A stretch of 64,000 nucleotides of DNA from Candidatus Poribacteria bacterium (lineage in GTDB: Bacteria > Poribacteria > WGA-4E > WGA-3G), in contig OZ242029.1 in assembly GCA_965205015.1 (NCBI GenBank), positions 1,824,001-1,888,000 of the forward strand, given 5' to 3'. The notes beneath the pieces were generated by a model. It did no database searches and was not told where the DNA came from. It was given only the letters and a program-made list of their open reading frames with translations. A program made the translations under genes and the position numbers. This document shows positions 1 through 9,449 of this stretch, in pieces. The stretch's first letter is position 1; every line of letters begins with the position of its first letter.

Positions 1-1
1 T

Positions 2-1234
2 ATAGGCATTGCTACCCGGTTTATCATATATGGGTGCTTCCCCCATAATACCATGTAATTCGGCGAGCTGTCCATCGGTAATCAACCGGAAAGGATTGTA
101 CTGCAGCGCGACCGTGTATCCCTTCATTTCTGCCCAATGTTTGTTTAAGTTGGCAATGTTTTCGTCCGCGGTACCTAACGCAGACATATCACTGATCGTA
201 TCGTTAATGTAGTGAACGACTGTCGCTGCGATAACTTTTTCCATACCGTTTGCGGCAGTTTGACGATATGCAGTGATTTCCGCGACCGAGCCTTGGTTCG
301 TTATGGCTGTTCTGCCAGCGAGGAAGGCACTGAAAATTTCTTGTGTGAAATCAACACCCGATCCACCTTTATCTCGCTTACCAGCGTTTCTGGAAAGCCC
401 GAAGTTGTATTCCGATTTGAAGTCGATGCTTCCATCGCCGTTAGAATCGAATGTAAAATCATCAACCTTTCCAGCGAGCTGATCATCGGTATAACGGAAG
501 TAGTCGCGAGCAGCACCGAAGTAGCCGAAGGCTTCATCCCATGCGTGCTCCATTGCGGTATAAGCCTTGCCATCTTTTCCGACACTGTTATCCCGTTCAA
601 GTAGGCCGCCAAGATAAACACCTGTCGCTTGATAATGGGGAACCGCGCCGATGAGCACCTTGTTAACCATCTGCGACATATCGACACCATCATCGGTGGT
701 ATAAGCCATTGGTGTACCAAGTTTACCGGAGTCTTGCGAATTCTCCGCAATACCTTTGAACCATTCGCGCACCAAGTCATCAGCGGTGCGATTATACCCG
801 ATAACCGGCTCATCTGAAATCTTGCCGACAAGGTTTTTCCCCGTCGAAAGTGAGGAATAGTGGCTTTCGCCTGCAGACAGTGATCCTGTGGTTGTTCGTG
901 TTTTCAGGTTGAGCGCATCATCGTATTCATAGAGCTTAAGCATATCCGCTACGGCAATGGAACGCCCTCCATCTTTTCCTACACTGTCCGTGAGGGATTT
1001 CAGGTCTTGCAACAACAAATTACGGACGACTTGACCTGAATAAGAGACACTACTTTCGCCTTCTACAAAGCGGCTATCAAAGACGTAGGCTTGTGGAACT
1101 GCTATTGTAGCATCGCCGTTTTCTGTTAATTCATCAAGCTCATCCGCTTCATCGCTTCCGCAAGCGGATAAGAATAGACTCGCAACAGTTAGCAGCACCG
1201 CTAACCATTGGAACTTTTGGGTCAGGTAATTCAT
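2..1234 (-). CDS. DUF4856-family lipoprotein (3' end runs off the window start), putative iron-regulated
   Basis: Absent from the ORF track because it has no stop in the window. Manual translation from ATG 1234 (RBS GAAGGAG): MNYLTQKFQWLAVLLTVASLFLSAC (lipobox)...SVSYSGQVVRNLL...MEHAWDEAFGYFGA...KHWAEMKGY. The HxWDEAFGYFG motif is typical of DUF4856. Fur-type box just upstream. Confidence 0.8.
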   Translation of the reverse strand, partial: MNYLTQKFQWLAVLLTVASLFLSACGSDEADELDELTENGDATIAVPQAYVFDSRFVEGESSVSYSGQVVRNLLLQDLKSLTDSVGKDGGRSIAVADMLKLYEYDDALNLKTRTTTGSLSAGESHYSSLSTGKNLVGKISDEPVIGYNRTADDLVREWFKGIAENSQDSGKLGTPMAYTTDDGVDMSQMVNKVLIGAVPHYQATGVYLGGLLERDNSVGKDGKAYTAMEHAWDEAFGYFGAARDYFRYTDDQLAGKVDDFTFDSNGDGSIDFKSEYNFGLSRNAGKRDKGGSGVDFTQEIFSAFLAGRTAITNQGSVAEITAYRQTAANGMEKVIAATVVHYINDTISDMSALGTADENIANLNKHWAEMKGYTVALQYNPFRLITDGQLAELHGIMGEAPIYDKPGSNAY

Positions 1235-1255
1235 GTTTTCTCCTTCATAATTATA

Positions 1256-1274
1256 GATAATGAGTCTCATTATC
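1256..1274. promoter_or_regulatory. Fur-type box
   Basis: GATAATGAGTCTCATTATC, a 9-1-9 palindrome that extends to 1253-1277, 22 bp upstream of the DUF4856 start. Confidence 0.85.
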
Positions 1275-1350
1275 TATCAATTGTTAGTTATGAGTAGGCG
1301 TAATTTTGGGTGTCTCCGATGGATACACCTTGCTTCAGTATACGCCTGTG

Positions 1351-3882
1351 TTAGAAACCTTGCTTGATACCGAAAAGTACCTGGCGTCTCGGACCGATCA
1401 GGATGCCCGAGCTCAGGTTGGCTTCGGGTTGGCCCGCATTTGAATGCAGCCGGGACCCGATGTATACGTGATCGAAAATATTTTTGGCAGTGAGAAATAT
1501 CTGCCACTGTTTGGTTAATTTATAATCTATGCTTGCATTGACAATTGCATAACTCGGAATGGGTCCAGTATCTCCACGGTTGAAAGTCTGCTGGAGATTT
1601 TCAAAGTCGGTGAAGACCTCGTCCACAAACCGCATATCTGCCCGCATGCGAACGCTATCACCGATGCCTTTTGCCAATCCTACTGTGAACGTGTGCCTCG
1701 GTGCGTAGGGCAATTCATTGCCGTTTAGTTCCACATCAACGTTACCGGCAATAGTCGCAGACTTCACGATGCCGTCAATAATGTTTGTCTGAAGGTATGT
1801 ATAAGAGAGATTAAGGTCAGGCAGTATTGACACGAATTCTGATATACCTAATGTCGTTGCCATCTCTATGCCCGATAGGTCGACCTTGCCTAAGTTTTTG
1901 AAGGCTGTACCGCGTCCAGCCGCGACTAAGTCTTCAACCCTAATCAGGAATCCGGAAGTTTCTAAGATAATCCCTGGTAGCCATGAACGGAATCCGAGTT
2001 CGATGTTCCAACTTTTCTCGGGTTTGAGATCAAGTCCACCGGTATCAACATTCTGTCCGAAATTCGTAATCTTCAAAGCACCACTGGAAGGCGCTGTGTA
2101 ACCTCGGTGAATGCCGCCGAAAAGGTTTAATTGTCCCAACTCGTAGTTCACACCGATGCCCGGTAATAGCACTGATGAGACCTTGTCTGCGAGTACCGAG
2201 CCGTGTAACCTATCCACTCGATCCTGTTTGAATACCTCAAACCTTAAGCCTGGTGTAACCGTCAATCTTTTAAAATTCATCTGTTCCTTGGCATAGAGTG
2301 CCAAGGCAAGCGTTTCGTAATGATGACTTTGTCCTACAATCTGCACCGGATCTGTTTCAGAATCAGGGGTGCCGGTGTAGTAGATACCGTCGCGCGCATC
2401 CGGCGCGTCCCCGGTTTTCTTATCGTCAATAAAACGTTCCCAATGCACTCTGCCGCCGATCTCGGCGCGTGCTAAATTCCCAGCGATGCCATGGTTAAAA
2501 GTATAGTTCTGCTCAATGCCTCCCACGTAGAAAGTGCGCAGGATACCGAAATTGCTTTTACCGTTCCCGGTTCTAACAAGATCACCCGTTTGAAAGTAGG
2601 GTACTGGCACCAGATTCCCAGTTTCAAGAGCCTCGGGACGGACGAAGATATCGTCCTCACGCCACCACCGTCGGTCAAACACGCTTGTATACAGAGTCGT
2701 ATTACTGACGAGGTTCGTCGAAATTTTATTGGTGTAGATGAGGTCAAGGGATGTCCGCAGGATCTTAAAATTGTCATCCTCTTTCGGATTGAAATTTGGA
2801 TCTGTTTGGAAGGAATATTCTGTCAAACCGGTATATGTTGCGTTTAAGTTTTCAAAATTACCGTTAAGTTTGAGATAGAGGGTCTTTTCCTCGCTCAGTT
2901 GGAAAAGTGTTTTTACTGTCCCATTTACCTGATCAAATGTATTATTTTCTCTAAATCCGTTTCCGTGTTTGTAGAGGAGTTGGACATCAGACACGATTTT
3001 GTCGGGATTGCCGATTCCTCTCCACTCCGAAAATGCGCTGTAGTACCCATTGTTGCCAACTGTTAACTGATTCGCTAATCCCTTTGCACCATCTGGCTTT
3101 CGTGTTGTGTAGTTGATAACACCCCCCATTGTCTGCGGTCCGTATCGGAGTGCTGCACTGCTTTTAATCACCTCGACTGCATTGATCCGGTCTGCAGGGG
3201 GATTATAGTAAGCGTTTGGATAGATGTAAAGAGCGGGTTGTATCGGGACACCGTCTTCCAATATAAGGACACGAGCACTTCGGCGAGGGTTTAGACCTCG
3301 GATGCTGATGCTCAAGCGAGAGTTACCAAAGCCGTCATCTGCATAACCGTTAATACCCGGTATGAGTTCAAGTAATTCCTGTGTTCCAACGGGTTTTATG
3401 AGATCAACAGTTTCTGGTTCCAACATACTCATCGTTCCAGTAAGTTTTCGGTGCTTACGCGATGATTCGCCAATGATTTCGATCGGAGCGAGTTGGAAGG
3501 TTTGGCTGGACAGCGAAATTTCCAAATTATGTGTTGAATCGGACGCAGGTCCAAGCATCTCACTGTAGCGATTATATCCAATTGAACTCACCTGAATCTG
3601 CTTTTCCCCTTGAACATCCTGAGAAAATCGGAAATTACCATCTCTATCTGTCAGTGTCTCTGCCAAAATCTGTCCGTCCGATTCGATCTTAACGGCGGCA
3701 CCCGAAATCGGTTGTCCTGTCTCTTTGTCAATCACTTTGCCGCTAATTTCAGTCGAACCTTGGCAAATGTGTGACATTCCCAATAGGAGGGCTAAGACGA
3801 TTGCAGTTGTTGCTATTTTAGTGCAAGTTTTTGGCCGCCATAACCAGGTCTGGCTGCAGGCTGTCTTAAAAAATTGATACAT
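1351..3882 (-). CDS. TonB-dependent receptor, FecA-like, with N-terminal carboxypeptidase-regulatory-like domain
   Basis: ISGKVIDKETGQPISGA N-domain; plug motif GLNPRRSARVLILEDGVPI; YGPQTMGGVINY; LKPEKSWN; C-terminal Phe. Probable start ATG 3882 (ORF track starts at 3906). Confidence 0.92.
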   Translation of the reverse strand: MYQFFKTACSQTWLWRPKTCTKIATTAIVLALLLGMSHICQGSTEISGKVIDKETGQPISGAAVKIESDGQILAETLTDRDGNFRFSQDVQGEKQIQVSSIGYNRYSEMLGPASDSTHNLEISLSSQTFQLAPIEIIGESSRKHRKLTGTMSMLEPETVDLIKPVGTQELLELIPGINGYADDGFGNSRLSISIRGLNPRRSARVLILEDGVPIQPALYIYPNAYYNPPADRINAVEVIKSSAALRYGPQTMGGVINYTTRKPDGAKGLANQLTVGNNGYYSAFSEWRGIGNPDKIVSDVQLLYKHGNGFRENNTFDQVNGTVKTLFQLSEEKTLYLKLNGNFENLNATYTGLTEYSFQTDPNFNPKEDDNFKILRTSLDLIYTNKISTNLVSNTTLYTSVFDRRWWREDDIFVRPEALETGNLVPVPYFQTGDLVRTGNGKSNFGILRTFYVGGIEQNYTFNHGIAGNLARAEIGGRVHWERFIDDKKTGDAPDARDGIYYTGTPDSETDPVQIVGQSHHYETLALALYAKEQMNFKRLTVTPGLRFEVFKQDRVDRLHGSVLADKVSSVLLPGIGVNYELGQLNLFGGIHRGYTAPSSGALKITNFGQNVDTGGLDLKPEKSWNIELGFRSWLPGIILETSGFLIRVEDLVAAGRGTAFKNLGKVDLSGIEMATTLGISEFVSILPDLNLSYTYLQTNIIDGIVKSATIAGNVDVELNGNELPYAPRHTFTVGLAKGIGDSVRMRADMRFVDEVFTDFENLQQTFNRGDTGPIPSYAIVNASIDYKLTKQWQIFLTAKNIFDHVYIGSRLHSNAGQPEANLSSGILIGPRRQVLFGIKQGF

Positions 3883-3902
3883 GGGTTCTGTTTCCTGCGC
3901 TT

Positions 3903-4154
3903 TCAAAAGAGTTTAGGATTCGTAATTGTGATGCGGTTGTTGTTAATTTTACCGTTTTGTTCATCTTTAACCGTGTTTCCCGTATTGCCAGTTCCAGTAA
4001 CTGGCAGATTCGTGTTGCCGTAACTGCCACCCTCTTCAGCAACTTCGGATTGCGGCGCGAGTATAGGGTCGCTCTCACAACCGAATAAAGCCAAACTGGC
4101 TGCTACAGCACAGATGAACAACAAAATCCTGCGTACGATAGAGGCTAAATTCAT
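3903..4154 (-). CDS. Small (83 aa) lipoprotein upstream of the TonB-dependent receptor
   Basis: Lipobox LFGC, RBS AAGGA, Fur-type box upstream, same strand as and directly preceding the receptor. Confidence 0.7.
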   Translation of the reverse strand: MNLASIVRRILLFICAVAASLALFGCESDPILAPQSEVAEEGGSYGNTNLPVTGTGNTGNTVKDEQNGKINNNRITITNPKLF

Positions 4155-4187
4155 GTTCTAATCCTTAATCTGGTATCGTCATATTTT

Positions 4188-4206
4188 GAAATTGAGACTC
4201 AATATC
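4188..4206. promoter_or_regulatory. Fur-type box
   Basis: GAAATTGAGACTCAATATC, about 34 bp upstream of the small lipoprotein start. Confidence 0.75.
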
Positions 4207-4213
4207 GCTATAA

Positions 4214-4241
4214 GCTTGCACCAACCGATGTTGGTGCAAGC
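4214..4241 (-). terminator. Hairpin downstream of the di-heme oxidoreductase gene
   Basis: GCTTGCACCAAC-cgat-GTTGGTGCAAGC, a perfect 12-bp stem. Confidence 0.55.
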
Positions 4242-4250
4242 GTCCGTTTT

Positions 4251-5672
4251 TTATAAAGATTCTAAAAACGCAATAAGCGCATCGCGTTCTACTTTTGACA
4301 TCTGTTCAACGGCTTGCCGTGATGCTTCTGCTTCCCCACCGTGCCAGAGAATCGCTTCCATTAAGTCCCGCGCCCTGCCGTCATGGAGGAAGTTGGTATG
4401 ACCGTTAACCCTCCTCACCAAACCGATACCCCATAGCGGTGGCGTCCGCCATTCGCGACCGTTGGCGCGAAAATCGGAACGATTGTCCGCTAAATCGGGT
4501 CCCATGTCGTGTAACAACATATCCGTGAATGGTTGAATCGTCTGGTTGCTCACTGAAGGGACCCCTGCTAAGACACCGCTTCTTAACGTCGGAACATGAC
4601 AACTGGCGCATTGTGCTTTAGCAAAAAGTACTTCGCCCCGTTTAACCTGTGGATCGTCTACATTGCGTCGCGCTGGCACTGCCAGTGTTTGAACGTAGAA
4701 CGTCACCACGTCTAAAATCTCGTCGCTAACTTCCGGTGTTGCGTCATGTTCAGTGAGTTGCGATTGCCCCGCTGAGTTTTCCGTCATGAACAGGGATGTC
4801 GTTAGCCCCATGTCGTCGTGATATGCTGCTGCAACCTGTTGCAACAGTGTCGGTTGGTTCGCTTTCCACCCAAAGCGTCCCAGCGTGTAACGCTGTGCTA
4901 CGACATCCCATACATAATTCGGCTTGCCTGAGATACCGTCTCCATCGACATCGTTTTCATCTGCATAAGCAAGGATGGTTTCTTCAGGGATCGCTTCCAG
5001 CAAACCCAGTCCAAAGACGGAGGGTGCGACGCGTGGTGATACTTCAACCTCTGCTGGCAGGGGTTGATAGGTTTCCGTAAATGTGTAATTCGGATAACGC
5101 AAATGCACACGCGTACCGTCTGCTGTTGTTAGTGTTTGTTCGGTATAGTCAATTTTGATCTTACCCTCTGGGGCTGTTCCGAAAATGGCGCGGTTGTTAA
5201 GTTGTGTACCGAATCCTGGAACGGGGATAGGAGGTTGTCCATCCATCGCATCTGCCGGCTTCGGAAGACTGAGCCTAAAGAGCATAGACACGAATTTCTC
5301 ATCAACTTTTGGCGGTCGCCCACGACCATCCCGGGAATGACAGTTGATGCACGAAATATTGTTGTAGATAGGTCCCAGCCCCGGGTTTACTTCCGCAGGG
5401 GCTGTTACAAAATTGGCTTCAAATTCGACATCGCCTTCCAGATGCTTTTCAAATGCCGAGGCCGAAAGGTTGGGAGCAGGAATTGAAAACGCGTGGCTTG
5501 ATGCATCGAAGACAGTCGTCTCACCACCGGAGAACTCGCTTGTTGCAAATATGGGTGTCGATTCTACAGCCACAGGTGACGCAGCGTCACACGCACTTAG
5601 CAAAATTGACATCAAAAGGATTAGAGGGAGTAAACTAAAAAAAGATTTCATCTCTTTCGCTATTGATATCAC
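4251..5672 (-). CDS. Di-heme oxidoreductase family (DHOR/DUF1111) lipoprotein
   Basis: GLGPIYNNISCINCH and CASCH heme motifs; GRFGWKA; WRTPPLWGIG; LHDGRAR; lipobox LSAC. Start may be 5651. Confidence 0.92.
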   Translation of the reverse strand: MISIAKEMKSFFSLLPLILLMSILLSACDAASPVAVESTPIFATSEFSGGETTVFDASSHAFSIPAPNLSASAFEKHLEGDVEFEANFVTAPAEVNPGLGPIYNNISCINCHSRDGRGRPPKVDEKFVSMLFRLSLPKPADAMDGQPPIPVPGFGTQLNNRAIFGTAPEGKIKIDYTEQTLTTADGTRVHLRYPNYTFTETYQPLPAEVEVSPRVAPSVFGLGLLEAIPEETILAYADENDVDGDGISGKPNYVWDVVAQRYTLGRFGWKANQPTLLQQVAAAYHDDMGLTTSLFMTENSAGQSQLTEHDATPEVSDEILDVVTFYVQTLAVPARRNVDDPQVKRGEVLFAKAQCASCHVPTLRSGVLAGVPSVSNQTIQPFTDMLLHDMGPDLADNRSDFRANGREWRTPPLWGIGLVRRVNGHTNFLHDGRARDLMEAILWHGGEAEASRQAVEQMSKVERDALIAFLESL

Positions 5673-5692
5673 AATAAGACTATAAATGTGTC

Positions 5693-5722
5693 GTGAGGGA
5701 ACAGCATTTCTGCTGTTCCCCG
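5693..5722. terminator. Intergenic hairpin between imelysin and DHOR genes
   Basis: GGGAACAGCA-tttc-TGCTGTTCCC stem. Confidence 0.45.
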
Positions 5723-5782
5723 CAAAAACGAAATAGCCCTTTCGTGTTTACATTTTTGAAATTAAACGCCTTACAAATTATA

Positions 5783-6853
5783 TTAATTAAACTCACTCGA
5801 TTGGACGAGCGGAAGTATATTTTGCTCGAGGGTCAGTTGAACCGTGCTGACGGCATCAATCGCAGCTTGGACAGCACCGCGGTTCGCTGTAATCGAATCC
5901 CGGAACGGATCTGGAATTGCGCCGATAGCAGAAATCGCTGCCTGCACCTCTTGCTGGAAACGAGCGTCTAACGCTGGATCTTGACCGTTCACGAATCCGT
6001 TAATCCCTTTTCCATAGACGTTCTGAATCCCACGGATATTGTTTTGGAAATCCGAGATGGAGTTGAAACTAAACTGGGATTCAACAAGGGTTGTGTCAGA
6101 TTCATTGAATGGATCAGATATTTTACCGTTCGCGACTTCATCTGCGATGACAATCATGCCGTTGACAATCTCTTGCACTGCTGCACTTTGTGAGGGATAG
6201 ACAGCACTGCCCGTGCCAGCTTGGGCAACTGCACTGACAAAATTTTCGCCACCTGGTGCCCACGCCGCCTGAAGTTGAGAGGTACTTGCCTTGAGATTCT
6301 CTGTCGTCGAAACGAGGTACTCCAACTCACGATCCGTTATATCCGATGCTTGGCGTTGGTCACCTTCGCGGAACAGTAGAAATTCAATTGTGTGAAAACC
6401 TTTCTGTGTATCTTCTAATCCACCGACAAAATCCACCGTTAAGGAATCACCGCTGTCCAGAACGGATTGTAGATTGACACGATCAACCGGCCAGCTATCC
6501 AGTGCCGGATCGAGTCCTTGCGTGTCTACGGGACCGAACAGGAATGCTTCGCTCTGTTCCCAAGGTATTCGCGTGGCTATCCACGCTTGCTGTGCTTTTT
6601 CGAGATTCCCTTGTGAGGTATCGCTTTCCAATGCCTTGACAGCGGATAAAAGTTCCCCTGCTTTATTATCCAGATCGGTATAGGTGGGTAACACGAGACC
6701 ATTCGCAAAATCGTTGAGCATCGTGGTAGCATCAAAAGCTTCGCCCTGCAATTGTTCGTCGCTCTCATCTTCATCATCGCTACCACATCCCACGACAAAA
6801 GCGGCTGCAAGTAGCAAACAGAAGAGCAATGTCCAAATCTTATAAACTTTCAT
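5783..6853 (-). CDS. Imelysin (peptidase M75)/IrpA-like iron-regulated lipoprotein
   Basis: Lipobox VVGC; WEQSEAFLFGP; DSWP; GFHTIEFLLF (GxHxxE iron-binding motif); ESQFSFNS. Start ATG 6853 with RBS GGAGG. Confidence 0.92.
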   Translation of the reverse strand: MKVYKIWTLLFCLLLAAAFVVGCGSDDEDESDEQLQGEAFDATTMLNDFANGLVLPTYTDLDNKAGELLSAVKALESDTSQGNLEKAQQAWIATRIPWEQSEAFLFGPVDTQGLDPALDSWPVDRVNLQSVLDSGDSLTVDFVGGLEDTQKGFHTIEFLLFREGDQRQASDITDRELEYLVSTTENLKASTSQLQAAWAPGGENFVSAVAQAGTGSAVYPSQSAAVQEIVNGMIVIADEVANGKISDPFNESDTTLVESQFSFNSISDFQNNIRGIQNVYGKGINGFVNGQDPALDARFQQEVQAAISAIGAIPDPFRDSITANRGAVQAAIDAVSTVQLTLEQNILPLVQSSEFN

Positions 6854-6869
6854 AAAAACCTCCATGGTA

Positions 6870-6955
6870 CAGTTATTAGTCTTCAGTTAGTTAAAGAAGA
6901 CATCTGTCTATCAACCGCTCTTTAACTGATAACCGATAACTGAAAACTGACAACT
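6870..6955. repeat. Heptamer-based inverted-repeat element (AACTGAT/C units)
   Basis: Right arm aactgat-aaccgat-aactgaa-aactgac-aact with a degenerate complementary left arm; same family as 48444-48761. Confidence 0.65.
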
Positions 6956-6959
6956 ATTA

Positions 6960-8222
6960 TTAATATTGAAAACCGAAACCGAGCGAAAAGGTATTTTCTC
7001 GGTTTTTATCTTTTGCCGCTAACCGACGAAGGGAATAATGGCTCTTGAAAACCATCTTTGGATGGACATGGTAGTTAACGCCAAAAGTCCATGCAGTTCT
7101 TTCCCATCGTGGATTGTCGAAGATAATACCTTCAACACTCGCCATTGTATCGTAAGAATCGTAACGCGCAAAAACATCTAAGACCTGGTCGTCTGGCGGA
7201 GTGTCCTGCAGATCTTGGTGTTCCGTGCCGTTGTTAGGTTGTCTGAAAAGTGATAATAGGTCGTAACCCGCCTCAATGTACCAACCTAAGGCTGAACTCC
7301 CTATCGGAGTTCGCTTTGCATTGAGATTATTGGAGAGGGTCCGGTTGACTTTAGACAGTTGATCGGCATTCTCAAGCATTCCCCATAGAAATAACCCGCG
7401 AACTTTCACAGCATTCATTTCGTAGAATCCGTGAATGCTTGCAATTCCGACATGGGCATCGAAATCTACGTCAGGTTTCGGTCGATTTGCCGCGGTATCT
7501 CCGTAATAACCGGAGATGCCGATGGTAGCGTTTTCATTAAACACATAATCGAGGCGTCCGACGAATGCCGGTGCTTCGGCGTTGATTGTTTCAAATCGGA
7601 GTTGGTGTCCGCGAACGATCCAGTGCCGAGAACTGAAACCCGTTGAATCCAGTCCATTAACAATTTGTGCCTGATAGTTCAGTGAACCAAGCGATCCAAA
7701 AATTTCAATACCTGTTTCATGCCAGATGGTTGGAATAATGTGTGCTTCCGCTTCGGGACGCGTTGTCGTAAAATAATGTTGCGGTCGATGCCTTTTGGCG
7801 ACGAGTCCTACTGGGACGATGATATGCCCAACGCGGAGATTTAAGGATGGCTGGAAAGAAAAGACAGCGGCAAGTTTTTCGACAATAATTTCGCCGCCTT
7901 TTTCGATCTCTGTCTCGAATTCTCCGAATTCTTCAAATTTGTCAAATTCCATCGTGCTACCGGTGCCACCGTGCTCAAACTCAAGCTCCGATTCCAGTCG
8001 AATGGTATCATTGATACGGTATTTTGGCGCGATAACGAAACGTTCTACATCGATGGCGGCGCGCCTGCCTGGATCGAGTTCCCAATCGAAATGGGAGTAG
8101 TGAATCACGCCGTAGCCAGAGACAGAAAATGGATTTGATTCAGCAATAACACCAACACTGAGTGAAATAAACATTCCACAAACCGCAAGAAATCTTATAG
8201 AATTTGCCAGTTGTTTCTTCAT
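6960..8222 (-). CDS. Outer-membrane porin-like beta-barrel associated with imelysin/DHOR iron uptake
   Basis: Signal peptide; ESELEFEHGG motif; IPTIWHETG; C-terminal GFGFQY; first gene of the porin-imelysin-DHOR operon. Confidence 0.8.
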   Translation of the reverse strand: MKKQLANSIRFLAVCGMFISLSVGVIAESNPFSVSGYGVIHYSHFDWELDPGRRAAIDVERFVIAPKYRINDTIRLESELEFEHGGTGSTMEFDKFEEFGEFETEIEKGGEIIVEKLAAVFSFQPSLNLRVGHIIVPVGLVAKRHRPQHYFTTTRPEAEAHIIPTIWHETGIEIFGSLGSLNYQAQIVNGLDSTGFSSRHWIVRGHQLRFETINAEAPAFVGRLDYVFNENATIGISGYYGDTAANRPKPDVDFDAHVGIASIHGFYEMNAVKVRGLFLWGMLENADQLSKVNRTLSNNLNAKRTPIGSSALGWYIEAGYDLLSLFRQPNNGTEHQDLQDTPPDDQVLDVFARYDSYDTMASVEGIIFDNPRWERTAWTFGVNYHVHPKMVFKSHYSLRRLAAKDKNRENTFSLGFGFQY

Positions 8223-8240
8223 GAATATGATTTTTTATAT

Positions 8241-8259
8241 GATATTGAGACTCATTATC
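8241..8259. promoter_or_regulatory. Fur-type box
   Basis: GATATTGAGACTCATTATC, 19 bp upstream of the porin start. Confidence 0.85.
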
Positions 8260-8321
8260 ATATTTAGTCTTTGATTACTCGGTATTTTGAATATTTGTTG
8301 GAGATCGCGTTCTAAAAAATT

Positions 8322-8340
8322 GATAACGAATCTCATTATC
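8322..8340. promoter_or_regulatory. Fur-type box (second site)
   Basis: GATAACGAATCTCATTATC, just downstream of the proximal -10 element. Confidence 0.7.
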
Positions 8341-8350
8341 CTCATCATAA

Positions 8351-8451
8351 ATTATACACAGGATTTTCGCGAATGTCAAAAAAATCGCGAGTAATTCGCA
8401 AATAACCCCATGGATTGTATTAATTATACTCACAATTTTCGCAAATGTCAA
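8351..8451 (-). promoter_or_regulatory. Tandem duplicated sigma70 promoters
   Basis: Two TTGACA-N17-TATAAT sites on the minus strand (-35 at 8379-8374 and 8451-8446; -10 at 8356-8351 and 8428-8423), 72 bp apart. Confidence 0.8.
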
Positions 8452-8581
8452 AAAAATCTGCAAAAAATATCAAAGTTTGCAATCCACTAAAATCTGTCGG
8501 ACCACCACACGTGTGAATGACCGAGTGGGAAGAGGGTATCCAGCACGGGGATAATTTCCTCGGCTGCCGAATGAGCAATCC

Positions 8582-9376
8582 TCAGACATCGTTCGCTTGG
8601 TCGGCCAGCCAGGCGGATTTAATGGTCCGCCACGCCTCGTCGGTCATCGTGCGTCGCCAATACGGAGAGATCGAGGCCTTTTTTCTGTCGATCCCGCGTT
8701 CGGACAATAGGTGCTTGCGCACTGCTCGGACCTCGCCGGCCTCCCCGTGGACGAACACATCCACGGGGCCCGGGGCAAAGTCCAGGCCAGCAACCGCATC
8801 GGGTAGCAGCGTCACAGGATCCTCGGTGCTGCGCCGATGCAAATAGGTGATGTTGAGATCGCCAGGCGTGGTGAGCACCAATTCGTCATCGGGACCGTCG
8901 ACGACTGCTAACACCACCGCGCGAGCACCTGGTGTGAGTGCCTCCAGTGATGCGCCAATAGCCGGCAACGCACTCTCGTCGCCCGCCATGAGGTGCCACG
9001 CCGCATCGGGGTCAGGAGCGTATGCACCGCTCGGTCCCATGAACTGGAGGCAGTCACCCGACTGGGCGCGTTGCGCCCAGGGACCTGCGTAGCCGTGGTC
9101 GCCGTGGACGACAAAGTCGATGGTGAGTTCCCGCCGGTCGTCGTCCCAAGCGCGCACCGTGTAACGGCGGCCCCGGGGCCGGTGGGTGCTGTCGACTGCT
9201 TCAAAGTCAGCCGGATCAAATGGGGCTGTGTAGGGTTCCCCGCCGGGAAAGAACTGGGCGTTGATATACTGATCCGAATAGGGGGTGGAAATGAATCCGT
9301 CCAGGTCGCCGCCGCCTAACACGACGCGCACCATCGACGGGGTCAAGCGTTGGGTGCTTCGCACTACTCCATACAT
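8582..9376 (-). CDS. Siderophore-interacting protein (ViuB/YqjH family, FAD-binding)
   Basis: TPSMVRVVLGG; RRYTVR; IDFVVHG; AGDESALPAI; ISPYWR. RBS GGAGG. Markedly higher GC than its neighbours. Confidence 0.92.
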   Translation of the reverse strand: MYGVVRSTQRLTPSMVRVVLGGGDLDGFISTPYSDQYINAQFFPGGEPYTAPFDPADFEAVDSTHRPRGRRYTVRAWDDDRRELTIDFVVHGDHGYAGPWAQRAQSGDCLQFMGPSGAYAPDPDAAWHLMAGDESALPAIGASLEALTPGARAVVLAVVDGPDDELVLTTPGDLNITYLHRRSTEDPVTLLPDAVAGLDFAPGPVDVFVHGEAGEVRAVRKHLLSERGIDRKKASISPYWRRTMTDEAWRTIKSAWLADQANDV

Positions 9377-9449
9377 AGGTCTACCTCCGTTTTTCAGTTG
9401 ATTTTCGTGAATCTCAAAAAATTCCTAAAATTTTCTATAAGTTAGATGA

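Noticed and set aside
9-831. Several short ORFs listed in the ORF track at the window start
   Set aside because: They overlap the real minus-strand DUF4856 frame (2-1234), which the track missed because it lacks a stop.
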